A DNA stretch of 64,000 bases from contig CM022678.1 of NCBI GenBank assembly GCA_012295275.1, positions 7,192,001 to 7,256,000 on the forward strand. Reading direction: 5' to 3'. The notes below the pieces were generated by a model. That model saw nothing but the letters and a program-made list of their open reading frames with translations. It was not told where the DNA came from and searched no databases. Position numbers and translations under genes: made by a program. Origin of the DNA: Chrysomallon squamiferum. Taxonomy: Eukaryota; Animalia; Mollusca. Position 1 is the stretch's first letter. Every line of letters starts with the position of its first letter. Positions 1-14,626 of this stretch are shown one piece after another.

Positions 1-2547
1 ATATCTTCAAACTTACCGATTTTTCTTTCATATTGTACATGTATATCTTTTTGATAATTTTATAAATTGTTTAAAAAATGTGGATAGTTTGTAAAATCTA
101 TTTGCATTCAGATTATAAAAGAGATCAATAATAATAATATAATAATTAATATTTAGAATTAGTATTCCTGTTTCGCTGTAAGGTCAATATTAATATCCAG
201 GTTTAACTGTAATGGTCCATTTTTTTTTAAACTCCAAAAAATGTAAGGTCTGTTTACAAGCTGAGATGTAACTGTAAAGATTAATTTTTAGATACAGACT
301 TAACTGCAAAAGGCTTTATTTTTTAAAATATTATATTCCTTTTTTTTAAAATTAGTATTTAAGTTTAAAAACAGATTTATGACAAGATTGTGCAAATTTA
401 AACCATGAACTTAGTTCAAAATTAAAGAAGCAAAAAACATCCCATTTGTTCACTATTACCAGTATTATTTTTAGCTTTATATTTACAACATATTTATTAT
501 AGAATATTTCAATAGGAACTTTTTTTTTTTTTTTTTTTTTTAATAAGAATTGTAACCGAATTTTATATACGTGTATAGTTAACTGATTTATTTTGTATGA
601 AATATTTAAAAAGTATTTATCAAACCACCAAATCAACCATGGATCCAGATAAATGGTGTGTATATATTGATCCACTTGCTACAAAAAAAAAAAACAACAA
701 CCAACACTTTATTTTTGTTCAGTTTTACGCTTTGTATTTGAAAATGATAAATAGCATTCCACGTTAGATTGGTTGTAAGTGGTTTGAAATTTAGTTTGTG
801 AGTATGTAAAATATTAATCCAAAAAGCTTGGGACTGGAGTAATCCCAGATTTCTGGATTTTCTAGTTTTCTGGACCAAGTGTAATATTTATATTATATTC
901 TTAATATAAACAATAAAATAATGAAAAATAAAGAAAGTGGATTTGGCACAAATTAGCACATCCAAAACTTGTTTTTTTTTATGATTCTAGAAGTCAGATT
1001 AATGGTCTGGTACCTGTATGTAGCTCATATACGCACACACACACGTATGCATGCATGCACACACTCGCACACATATTCACTAAAGCATACTATGATTATA
1101 TCTCTTAAACATGTTTCAGGGAAAACCCCAATTTGACACTTTTGGAATAATTTACAATCATTTAAGACAAAAATTATATTTTTAAAAACATTTAAGTTTA
1201 TATAGTTTCTACATCTCTTTTTTTCATATTTAGATTTTTTTTAATTTTCCATTTATAATGAATGAATCTGTACCAGTTAATTTCGTGTCTCTATTTATTT
1301 TATTTGAGAAATCTAAACAGATGATCCTGGACATTGTTGTGTATTGTTGGTTGGGTTGAGTTATTTGTGTTGTTAAATATGGTTAGAATATATATATATT
1401 TTTTTTTTACAAATGTAATGTTTGTAAATTATGCTGAACTGAAGGAACTGTTAGTTGACTAACATTCTGTGCTGTTTATGATGTGATAAAAAAAAAATAA
1501 TAAATTTGAGAGAGAACAGATGTTTCTAAAATTAATGCAGTTTTCCTTGTTTTTGTTTCATTTTGAAATACATGTATATAAACCTACTTGAATTTATTAT
1601 TTATATTATTAATAATTTATTTATTTTAAATGTTTTATTTCATTTCTTTATTTTTTTTATTATTATTATTTTTTTTTTTAAATGAAGATATATCAAGTTA
1701 TAAATAAAACAGCTTGTTTAAGTCTATAGGACTTTTAAACAATTTCTTTTCTGTATACATATATATTCACAGGCCCTATAGAAATTCTACAAATATACAG
1801 ACCAAGACAAAATATATTTAAAAATACTTTATTGTATAAATTATAAAACGTATATATCAACAAAGATTATAAAGGAGCTTGTATTAAATGTATAGTTTTT
1901 GAACAACATTTAAATTTTTCTTTTACAAACAATGTTTTATAATCTAGCAAAGACAGCTAAACCTGTGGAAAATTGTTTGAATATCATTTCTTTAGTTTAA
2001 ACTAAATTTGACATTCTGTCTACTAATAATAGCTTCCATGCTCGCTTGCTCACTTGCTCTCTCTCTCTCGCTCTCTATATATATTATATTGTTAATATAA
2101 TGATTATTAATACTACACACACACATGCGTAATATTCATAACAAAAATACTGACAATTATGCTTAACAATGTGTGTGTATTTGCGCATGCACGCATGTGC
2201 TCTAATTCTGAGGTAAACGTGTGTAAATGCTTTGGTACATTCATGTGGTCACATGCATATACCAAATGTATCTTGTAAATTCTGCCATTTTCATTTTAAA
2301 ATGACAAACCTGACTTTATGAAAAAGTCAATCTGTCGCATTCAAATACCTGTATATAACATGCAATAACACCATATACCATGTAAAACTGGTACCAAAAC
2401 CAAATTACTTAATGAAATATATAGTAAAATAAATAACACTCAAAAGGGTGTACTTCAAGAAAAAGAATAAAATGTAATGTTTCATTATTGCTTATGAAAC
2501 CATATTTTTGCTAATACAAACAGATACATACATCCATACATACACAG

Positions 2548-2633
<86 letters not shown>

Positions 2634-3039
2634 ACACGTGAGTACAACAAATTCAATGCTTATAATCTTCCAAACATAAGTTGTCCTATCCATTAACATT
2701 GGTCACTTCACCATTTACTTTAAAATTACAGTTGATTTCACTATTAGATAAATTAACCAGAGTATCTGACATAACCCACATCCATATGAATGATAATTAC
2801 TGTTAAATACACTTCAGATAAAAACTAAATCTTTTAATCCATTATCCACAAATAAAACCAAAAATTCAAAGTATATGTAAACAGTAAAGAATTTTCATTT
2901 TTCTCTTCTATGGATCAACAATTTCAAAATTTGTTTCTCTCATGTCTGTATTTAACTATACTACTGACTATACCAAACTTATCAGCACTATTTTCCAGAA
3001 TGTCTCAAATTCCATAAAACTTATTTTTCTGGTCATAGC

Positions 3040-3158
3040 TCAGAGTTTTGACAAAAGTTCAGGATCAACATTTTTCCTCATCATTTCCTTAAAAGGCTGG
3101 ATATCATTATAATATGAGTCATGAACCTAGAAAATAATAAGAAAAAAATAAAAATTAT

Positions 3159-3216
<58 letters not shown>

Positions 3217-3421
3217 CTTTAATATTTTTGACTTTATACATTTATTAATATTTTCTATAATCATAAATAACAGAGTATACAAATATTGTTAACTAAATAT
3301 TAGTGCAGTTTAGATACTACAGTTTAAATTATACTAATGTTATACATATAAATATTATCTCCAACTTATAAATTTTAATTCTATTTTCCCCACAAATGAC
3401 TAGTCACATTTAATATTTCTG

Positions 3422-3456
<35 letters not shown>

Positions 3457-4283
3457 GACATTTATATATAAACACATACAGACATACAGGCATACATATA
3501 TACATATAAACACACACTCATACAGATTTTTTTTTAATTATATACAAACTACAGTACTATTCCTACCTCAGTTTCATTCAGTTTCGACTGTTTTGCATAA
3601 TCTAGCAGCGCCTGATAAACGTTTCCGTCAAAACGACCAAGCGCACTGTTCAACATAACATCAGGGATGTCGAAAGCATCGACCAGGGCAACAGCATTGT
3701 GTCTCACATCAGCCAACAGCTCGTAGAGCTTTGTGTCAACTAACTCAACTTGCTGTCTTGTCATGTAACCATCCTGAAACAATTAAAATACATTTTTAAA
3801 AAAATCTTTAAATATTTTGCTATGGAGGTCACTTTTGTCATTTAATGGCCAATATCGGAGTCTTTATTGGCATCTATAAATTTAATCCAGGATTGAAATA
3901 ATTTATAATTTCCAGGTTTTATACCAAACCAATGAAAATGTGATGTGATAAACTGTATATAACTCAATGTAGACTGATGACTACATTGGACACTAAATGC
4001 AGTCAAAAGATTTATTAGTGCAAGAGTTCTCATAAATTTTATATATATATCTTTAAACTATTGAAAATCACATTTGATGCCTGATAACTGCAGATTAACA
4101 ATTAATTAAATACACTGTTAAATTAAAACAATTTCTTCTTCTGTATTCAGATGTGAAGGAACATAATGGTGGAGCCATTGATAGGTTTGCTCTGGGAATG
4201 AAGTTATTTCACAGACACATCCATATCAAAGACACTCACTCAATCACTCTCTCTCACTTTCTCTCTCTCCATCTTTCTCCATC

Positions 4284-4351
<68 letters not shown>

Positions 4352-6530
4352 CCTCCCTCCCTCCCTCTCCTGCTCTCTCTCTGTTTTCATAAATGTTTAA
4401 TCCAAGAATCAAAGGTAAAGCTACACACTTCAATAAATTCTCCCAGGTTTTCGTGGATTCCATACAATGCATACAGCTCACACAAAGACATCAAAACCCT
4501 TCTGACGTCTGCGTCTATGTTTTTCTTCTCAACAGTCTCAACAAAGATTTTCAAAACCAACAAGTGACAATGAGCCTGTAGCAGAAAAAAAAATAAAAAA
4601 TAAAAAATTGATTATTCAAATATTACTGTAACATTTATAAACAAGTCAAATATAATTACACTTTACTTAATTAAGATATATGTAAAATGTAAAGTAAAAA
4701 AGTCATCAACAGCCAATAATTTCAGCATTAAAATTAAAATAAGGATATCAATTCTTCATAAACCAGTTTGTAAGATAATGGAAACATATAAAGATATTCC
4801 ATTTTAAATTAAAATAATTACTGACACTTTTGCTTTCATTGCTACTAGTATCAATTCTATTACTACTACAACTACTATTATCACTACTATTACTATTACT
4901 TCAATTACTATTATTACTATGACTACTACTACTACAACTGCTGCTACCTCCATTACCTACTGCTAATGCTACTATTATTATTACTACAATCCCACTCCTG
5001 TTACTGCTACTACTATTGCTACTACTATTACTTTACTGCTGCTGTAACTACAACAATTACTACTATTACCACTACTACTACAACTTCAAAAACCTTACAG
5101 TAAAGTGGTACTAGTGAAAACAAAAGTAAACTGTCTGACTGATACATTGTCCAGCAAAATCACTGATTCACTCGTGACTAAGTGACCCATGTCCAGCAAA
5201 ATCACTGATTGACTCGTGACTAACTGACCCATGTCCAGCAAAATCACTGATTGACTCGTGACTAACTGACCTATGTCCAGCAAAATCACTGATTGACTCG
5301 TGACTAACTGACCTATTCCCAGCAAAATCACTGATTGACTTGTGACTAACTGACCCATGTCCAGTGTAATCAGTGATTCACGTACCAAGGCTGTTTTACA
5401 CAGAACCACCCCAGAAGAGTTGGAAGCCTCAGAGAGAGATTTTCCCTCAGTCATTTCACGTTGTATGTTCTCTGCAGCTCGCTCAATCTGTCTGATAGCA
5501 AAATATGAAAATAATCACACATTAGCATGCATGTACACATGTAATATGATCTTGTAATTGTTTCTGTACATGTGTATGTATGTATGTGTGTGTTTGTGTA
5601 TGTGTATGTATAAGTATGTGCGTGTGTGTGTTTAATTTCCAGAAAAATGAAAATGCTTATTTTAAATTGGGAAAATTCCAGTTACATTTCTAAAATTACA
5701 TTTTACGATTAGAAATCACAAAGTGATATATATATATAAAAAATCCATCTTTCTCTTACTCTACATATATATACATATACTTACAAACACACACACATAC
5801 GAGACCTGCTTTCTATGATATTAACAACAATGAATGAATGAGAGAGAGAGAGAGGGGAAAATGGTGAGTATTAACATACTATTACAAAAAAATGAATAAA
5901 ATGAAGACATCTGACTCATTTCAACAAGACATTGCTAAGTCTGTGAGTTAAAGTTTACGTCTGTTTAAAGACATCAAATATGACACACTAGCCGATTTTT
6001 CAAACATCAGCTACTATTAGTAAAGTAAGTAACTTAACTTTTATCATATAAGGAATATTGTTTTAAAGAAATTCTGTTGTTTTTGTTTTATACCTGTGAG
6101 CACGATGTTCATAAGCACCAATTAATGATGAAAGAGAGATGTTATTTGTAATTGAACAAGTGCTGCCCTCTAGTGGCTGATTAAGGTATGAAACAAAGCC
6201 TGAGAGTTGCGTCCCTTGTCTGGCTTTCGTTAAGCACTTTAGAAGGTATCTGAAAAATGTGGAAATAAATAAATGAATAAATAAGTAATAAGTTAGTAAG
6301 TAAATAAGTAAGTAATAACTACGTAAGTCAGAAAAGAAATAAGTAAGAAATAAATAAATAGATAATAGCTATGTAAATAAAGGAATAAAGAAAGAAACAA
6401 ACAAACAAACAAATGAAAAAATATTTTTAGAAATTGTACAAAAGAAAGTTGATTATTTTATATATATAACTGTAATTCTTATTTGTAAATAATAATGCAT
6501 TTAATCATGATAATGATAATAATAATAATG

Positions 6531-6570
<40 letters not shown>

Positions 6571-7237
6571 CAACAACAACAATAACAATAACAATAACAA
6601 TTACAATAAGAATAGTATCATTACAATAAAACCAATCATGATAAACACATATAATTTCAAAATAAACATTAAATTATTAACAGCTTTTAAAAAAAAACAA
6701 AAAAACTCCTCATCAGACAAGCCCTGTTATTTGTTCCAGGCTAAGTAACATTAAATAACATAACATAATATTAACAGAACAGCACATACCGTGCAGTTTG
6801 CAGTAGAAGTATGGTGTTTTCACCCTCATACGTACAAGACGCACTCACATATCGATAGAGGGTGGGCAAAGCACTGGCATTACTGTAACCATGGCCACCA
6901 CAGGACATTCTGAGAGTTTCCATCATGAATGTAGAATTCCACGTTCCAAATGCCTTCAGCCCTGCAGACATAGCATGTAGCTACAAAAAAAATAATAATA
7001 ATAAAAAAATAAAAATAAAAATAAAAATAAATAAATAATAAAAGAAAAAAGGTAAAAGATAGAACTTGAAAAGGGATGAGAGATATACTGTAATGTTGTA
7101 TGGTTTTTATAAATAAGCATTGTCAATCTGACATGCAAATTGCAGTGAGTAAACTGGAAGTATAGAAAATGAAGTTAGCCATTTTTATTTATTTACTGGG
7201 AGAAAAAAAAAGTAATTAAACTAATTTTATTCATTTA

Positions 7238-7273
<36 letters not shown>

Positions 7274-8175
7274 CATCAACATAGTTATTATTATTATTGT
7301 TATTGTTGTTGTTACTTTAAAAAAATTACCATATTTATTTTATCCCAACAGTTCTGAACACTGACTCTATGTTGTCCTAGGCTTCAACAAACCCTTTTTA
7401 ACAATGACACAAGAAATATAAAAACTGTTAATATATTAATATATATACTTTTCTTATCAACTAGAGGCATACGATTACCTAAAAAGATTGTAATAAAAAG
7501 ACTGAGAAGTACCACTGTGGATAACATCACTAATTCTGTGTTGATTCATTCTATAGTATAACATCTAGGTTGTAATTCTATGTTATGTGTTAATAACTGT
7601 TTAACATTCTTTCACTGACAAAGTTAAATTATACTGATTTAAATACATCAGCTATTGAATGACATAACAAAGGAAAAAGAAATAATTTTATAATTTACAA
7701 AATATTGTTTTAATAAACCTGGGTTATCATGGTAAAAAACTCGAAATATTAGTAACAATATGAAAAAAAAAGCATTTTTAATAAAGCATTTGCAGAGCTC
7801 GTATCTGGAACGGGAAATAAATTGAATGTAGCAGTTCTGACAACCAATTCTGAAACCAAAAATTCAATATTTTAACAGATTAAACTGTAATATGCTTAGC
7901 TGTATTTAACAAATAACTTACCTGTGAAAGATTGTCCAGTATACCACTATCTATCTCCTTGGTAACCTGGTGGAAATAGTTTTCTAGGTATCTGCCACAG
8001 AACCAGAATGCATATGCTGTAGCTAAAGCAGGTAAAATTTTGTATTGTTGAGTTTGGTAATCCAAGATCTGGTTTTCTGTACCACTGAAAGAAAACATTA
8101 AAAAAAATATATAAAATAAAAAAATAATAATAATAACTGTAGAAGTAATAGTAGTAGTAATAGTAGCAGCAGTAA

Positions 8176-8215
<40 letters not shown>

Positions 8216-9564
8216 TCAATAAATTACTTAATTAATAATCCTAGCTGTTATGTATTAGCTAATAAATAAATAAATAAATAAATAAATTAATTAATTAATT
8301 AATAAATAAATAATAACTAAGCTCATTAATATATTCATGTCCTTATTTACTTAATTAAGAGATAATCAACACACATTGTATCATCAAACATTACATTTTG
8401 TGCGATATTCACCAAACAACATCAGAAAATCAAAAATTCTACTAAAAAATTAATAAATAATAATAATAATAAAAAATAATAAAAACACGTAAAAATCCCC
8501 AAATAATGAAAAAACCCTTATTATAAGACAAATTTATATGAAGACAGGATGTACCCTGGAGTTGTCTCCCCTTGTTTTCGTACAGCGCTGTATCTAACAG
8601 CGATCGTGCAGCCACTGGCCAATGCAAATGCAGAAGGGTTCATCATTTTGGCACGAATGTTTGTCATAGAACCGTAAACCAGCCTGGCATCTTTAGGCTT
8701 CACAAATGTGCCATCTTTTGACACCTGAAATTAAAACATGAACATTGTATGTGTGTGTGTGTAAGTGTGTGAGTGTGTGTGTGTGTGTGTGTGTGCATGT
8801 GTGCCAGTGTGTGTGTGTGAGGATTATAATGCACAAATCTGTGAGTTTTGTAATGTAAACAACTGTGAGTATTACACTGTACACACCTGTGAGTATTACA
8901 CGGTACACACCTGTGAGTATTACACTGTACTCACCTATGAGTATTACAATGTATACACCTGTGAGTATTACACTGTACTCACCTGTGAGTATTACAATGT
9001 ACACACGTGTCTGTAGTATATTGTACACACCTGTGAGTATTACAATCTACACACCTGTGAGTATTACACTGTACTCACCTGTATTACAATGTACACACCT
9101 GTGAGTATTACAATGTACACACCTGTGAGTATTACAGTGTACACACCTGTGAGTATTACAATGTACACATCTGTGAGTATTACTGTACTCACCTGTGAGT
9201 ATTACAATGTACACCTGTGAGTATTACACTGTACTCACCTGTGAGTATTACACTGTACTCACCTGTGAGTATTACACTGTACTCACCTGCGAGTGTTTCA
9301 TTAGCATATAGTCTCGAGGTATTCTGACATTGTCTAATTTGAGAAAGCCATTGTCAATACCATCGAAACCAAACTTCATTCCAATGTCACCAACTGTAAC
9401 ACCTGTAATCAATATGAAATAATAAAATAATAAAGGTGTAAACAGACTACATATCTCCAATATACATGTAAGTGTATAAACACTCTAAACCTACAAAAAA
9501 AATACTGTAACTCACATGATGAACAGATGAACAGACAAAGAAACATATACATATCCAAACACAT

Positions 9565-9635
<71 letters not shown>

Positions 9636-12176
9636 CATATACATTATAATACTCATATGCACACCCATACAGAGATAGACAAAATTAACGGGTATAAGAA
9701 TTCACATACAGACACACACACAGACACACATAATTTACCTGGCAGAGTCTTGTGCGTGTTGAAATCACGTAGGGGAACAATAAAGAAGTGCACTCCATGA
9801 TTATCTCCCTTTATCAACAACTGTGCTGCCACTACACAGACATTTGATGATTTACCCACTGAAAACAATAAAAAAATAAATATGTATATATAACAACAAC
9901 AACAACAACAACAAATAAATAAATAAAATAAATAAATAAATAAATAAGTAAAAAATAAATAAAAAATAAAAAAAAAAATAAAAAATTTTTAAAAAATGAA
10001 GTAAAAATTTTAACATGCTGACAGTATGCCATCACTTTTCAAAAGGAAAAAACTGGCAATATTTTTATTTTTATTAGGATACACTGCATTATTTTTATTA
10101 AGTTACTAACTTTTTTTTTTTTTAACTCTCTTTAAGAAACGTATTTTTTATTATGAGAAAAGATTGATGTCAAAAATGAAAAAACAATCTCAGGAACACA
10201 CAAACACACACATTAACACATACACCCAAACATAAACACACACAGACACACATACACCCATACATAAACACACACTCACACACACACAGACATATAAACA
10301 CACTTAAAAACACACACACATACTTACAGAAACATACATACACATTCAATCATGTATATGTACATATATAAATACACTGAAATAAAAATACACAGATATA
10401 AACATACACTGATATACAGTCATATAAACACACACACACTATACAGACAGGCACACACACACACCTACATAGACATATTAATACACACACACACAAAACC
10501 AGACATGACCTTTTTGATAGGTCTAAACAAATAATCACTGACAAATAATCATAGATACCTACATCCACCAACCCAGAATTTTATAGAAGTCAGCTTTGGT
10601 GAGTTTAAAACAAATTCTTCAGTTGCAACATCGTATGTTGCTGTGGTTTCCAAGCCCCTAACAAAGGATCCTAAAAATAACATAGAAAAAAAAGTAACAA
10701 TATTTAAATTACTGAAATCACTGTCAATAACAACATTAGTTATCAATTGATTATAGCACGTTAAAAATGGCCAAATAGTTTTGCAATACGGTTATTGAAA
10801 CTAATGAATTAATCTTGGACAAACACATTTACATAAAAGATTTCATTTCTGGCTTAATTCTGGCTAATTAAGATTCTGTGTGGCTAAATATTTGGCTATA
10901 GCTTTATGAAAAACAAAATGTAACATGGCACCTCCTGCACTTGGTGTAATTAAAAATATAATCTAAATGGAACAGGATTTGTTTTACAAATTTCTCACAA
11001 GATAAGAGACATTACTGTAAATATTAGAAAATAATCTGATTTAACCTTCATAGCATAAAATTACAAGATATGTTGATCAGTATTACTCTAAATGACAAAC
11101 TGTATACATTCAAACAGTCATCCCAAAAAATAAAAATGTATCTAAATTCTTTGAAATGTTTTTGTACATACATACCATGACCAATCTCAGTCTGAGCATA
11201 TGTTCCTATAATCTGAAGATTATATGCCAGTGGCAGCCATTTTGATTTCTGCTCTTCTGTTCCTTGGCCAATGATTGTTGGAATAAAAGCAGCATCGTGT
11301 AGGAACAATGGTGCAACATGACCAGCAAAAAAAACCCTTTAAAAAAAAAAAAATTTTAAATTATATTTTTAAAAACATAAGAATTTTGAACTTTTATTCT
11401 TCATCAGAATGCTAAAACATAATCTTTGCATACCTTATATTAAACATAGGCATTCCAGTTTTCATTAATATTTAAGATTTTGTTATAATGTGTTGTTTAT
11501 TTTTTTATTTATCATCATTTTATATATCTGTATTATAAAGTAAAAACATGGTATAATTATATTTTAGGTTTTGTCCTTAATTTTCACTTATTTAGCATAC
11601 TTCATTGTTAACAAAGGTTGTTGTATTTAATGCATAAAAATATATTACATTAACTGACTGTTCATAAACACTTTAAAACAAAAATGTCAGATTTTGATGT
11701 TTTAGTATTTGATACTTATTTCTTTCATCAGTTATTTGTATTCTTATTATTCTTATTACTATTATTATTGTTGTTGTTGTTGTTATCATTATCAACATCA
11801 TCATTGTTTATCAAACAATTAAAAGAAAAAGACGAAGTTAAAAATTCTTACTCAGAAAAGTAATTCAAATCTGAAGATTTTTTGAGTCCCAGCTCTTTTA
11901 ATCTTCGATAAAATTCAATATTCTTTTTCACACACTCTCTATAGAATTCCTCCCTTGTTAACCTGCCATGAAGGTGTGCTATTTTACTTTCTGGGTCTTT
12001 GTCTGCCAGGGAATCTGAAAAAACAAAAACAAAGAAAAAAAAACATTTTATTTGCTTGATTAAATATAGATTAAAATTGGACAAGTTTATTACTATGATA
12101 ATTATTGTTACTATTATTTTTATAATTGTAATTATTGCTGTCATTTTTTTTATAATTATTTTATTATTATTATTAT

Positions 12177-12241
<65 letters not shown>

Positions 12242-12786
12242 TATATAAAATTATGCTTATTTTATGTTTCAAAATATTTGTATTTTTTATATATCTTTTT
12301 ATAATAAGGAATAAAATGATTGTTAATTTTCGGAATATCTCTTTTCGTTTTGAAAACACTTTTTTAATATTAGAAAAAATAAAAATGTAAAGTTTATTTA
12401 ATTTATAATTGACGTTTAATACTGTAGATTTTATTTTTCATTTTTTTGCGCCAGAATAAATTTATCTTCTATCCTGTTGAGCTGTGTCTGGTATTAAAAT
12501 AAACACATACAGAGATGCACACATTCTTTTTCTTTTCGAAAATGTAAACAACTCGTTCAAAAACAAATACTTTTGACGCTGAGCAGTATTATTTACAAAT
12601 ATTCACACAATTATTATTATTCTCTAATGAATTTAACTATGTCAAGTTTTAATTTTCAAACTAACGGATGTATCTTCTTCTTCGTGTCTCTTGTGGTCCA
12701 CCGTACAAGACATAGGTTAAAAGTAAAGGATCGAATGTTGCTTGTTTTCTTTCTCGAACGACATCTGGATTCACCGTAGAGGCCAT
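3040..12786 (-). CDS. ACOX1: Peroxisomal acyl-CoA oxidase 1, 14 coding exons (12666-12786, 11852-12014, 11176-11336, 10563-10670, 9739-9858, 9287-9402, 8555-8724, 7922-8084, 6790-6980, 6094-6249, 5386-5491, 4429-4575, 3567-3773, 3040-3126), ~671 aa
   Basis: Spliced translation starts [20 protein letters not shown] and contains [64 protein letters not shown] (catalytic Glu) and [12 protein letters not shown]. It ends ..ELLSKL* (PTS1). All introns are GT-AG and the exon phases sum to an intact 2016-nt frame. Confidence 0.96.
5149..5365. repeat. 42-bp minisatellite (~5 copies) in the ACOX1 intron just past the donor of exon 11
   Basis: Unit GTCCAGCAAAATCACTGATTGACTCGTGACTAACTGACCCAT. Translates on the minus strand as repeated [14 protein letters not shown]. 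Confidence 0.92.
8863..9290. repeat. 24-bp minisatellite (~17 copies) in ACOX1 intron 6, beginning at the splice donor
   Basis: Unit CCTGTGAGTATTACACTGTACTCA (minus strand CAG|GTGAGTACAGTGTAATACTCA). Confidence 0.93.
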
Positions 12787-13060
12787 TTTGGAGACGAGAG
12801 CAAAGTTTACATTATGACCTTTGCTCTTTACTAGAGTATACCGGCTCTAACTGTGTTTTGTTAGACATTAGAAGGGTGGATGGATGGAGGGTATTCAAGC
12901 CCTTGGGATTTCCGACAGCTGATATAAAGCAATCCTAAATAATTTTCATTTTATCAAAAATAAATTATTTATTTTATAATTAAGAAAAAAAAAAAAAAAA
13001 AATAAAATTGAAAAAAGAAAAAAAGAAAATGAAGTTAAATAAATAAATATTCTTTTGATA

Positions 13061-13113
<53 letters not shown>

Positions 13114-13465
13114 TAAGAATTATCTTTTTAATACATTTAAAAATAATAAATAAACTTTTAAAATATCTGTATATTTTATTATTAATTTAATTATGTATAA
13201 ACACATATTATGTTGTTAATTTTAATATAAAATTCGCAAAATTAGAATACAATTTTATTCTAAATCAAATATTAATAACGAGACAATTTATAAATAAAAC
13301 TTTGCCACGGAAATCAATCGGACGTTTCCGAAGTGATACGATTAGGTTCTCGCGAGATCTTTCATCTCCGTAGCAACACTAGGTAACGGCGACGCGAGGT
13401 GGCATTACATAAACAAGCAAACGTCTCACTTCTGCCTTCAGCCACGTAAAACATTAGCAGACAAA
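12787..13465. promoter_or_regulatory. Bidirectional (head-to-head) promoter region shared by ACOX1 and EFHC1
   Basis: The two ATGs are ~680 bp apart and divergent. Contains DR1-like TGACCTTTGCTCT (12815-12827), palindrome TCTCGCGAGA (13348-13357), X-box-like ATCTCCGTAGCAAC (13364-13377) and forkhead-like TAAACAA (13410-13416). Confidence 0.75.
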
Positions 13466-14580
13466 ATGGAAGGACTTCCATTTCTTCCAGGCAATAGTTT
13501 TAAAGATCCAACAGTAAGTAAATACCACAGCAGAATGATTTGCTTCTTTGATTTCGTTGAATTACACTAGTAAACAGAAAAAGTAAACACGGTTGTCAGT
13601 AGATTTATTATGTTTGGATTTTGAATAAGTCATGACTTACTTGTATATTTAGAATATTTATTTCTGTTAAAAATTAAAATAGTTCTCAAGTGCTTCTCAG
13701 AATGAAAACAATAATTAAGAAATAGCTATAGCTACTTTAACAAATTATTTGAAATGATTTTGATCAAATCGTAAATTATTAATCATTAAACATAGCATTC
13801 CTGATTTCGATGGAGTTTACATTCAAAATTACATTATTTAATTTACTATTGTAGACAGAAATAAAGTATAAACAGTTATTCTTTATTACTGTTTGTGGAA
13901 TTATGAAAATTAAATGAGATAGATACAATATATACTATATAACTGAATCAGATAAATGTTTATGTCAAGACATTGAAATTGTCTCTGCCATGAAGTAAGT
14001 ATTCTATAAAATATACTTAAGAAATAATTGCTAGCAAATATCATTACACTTTATAACTTGTAATATATATGACCTAATAACTGAATTTACAAAATAATTT
14101 TCATTCATTCTTTTAATAATTCTGGGTATAATAAAGTTTTGTTTTAATAATTTGCTTTTCATTCACTCATTCGTTACTTCATTCATTCATTTAAAATATT
14201 CATTTGTTACTTCATTCATTCACTTATTCATTTTTTTAAATTCATTTTGCAGAAAGGTAAATACCACAGACCTCAGACTCTGGGTTACCAAAACGGCCAT
14301 GCTATTAAGCGATATCCCGAAATAGGCATCGGTGGTGACCCACTGCACTACAACAATCTGTCAGACGCAGAACTGGACGAGCTTGCTAACTTCAACCCCA
14401 CACTGACCTATGGTCAAGCGAAACAGGCTCCACCTGAAGATTTTATACCAGGGCATGTAGCATGGGATAAGAAGGTCAGTAGAATTAGATTATTTTCATT
14501 TTTAATTGTTTTTATTGTTATTGTTGTTGTTGTTGTTATTATTATTATTATTATTGTTATTATTATTATTATTGTTATTG

Positions 14581-14626
<46 letters not shown>

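Noticed and set aside
1-3039. AT-rich stretch with short ORFs (352-878)
   Set aside because: No recognisable protein motifs or splice-consistent exons; probably 3' UTR or intergenic.
8863-9290. Regularly spaced palindromic 24-bp repeats resembling a CRISPR array
   Set aside because: Units are head-to-tail with no unique spacers, lie in a eukaryotic intron, and no cas genes are present.
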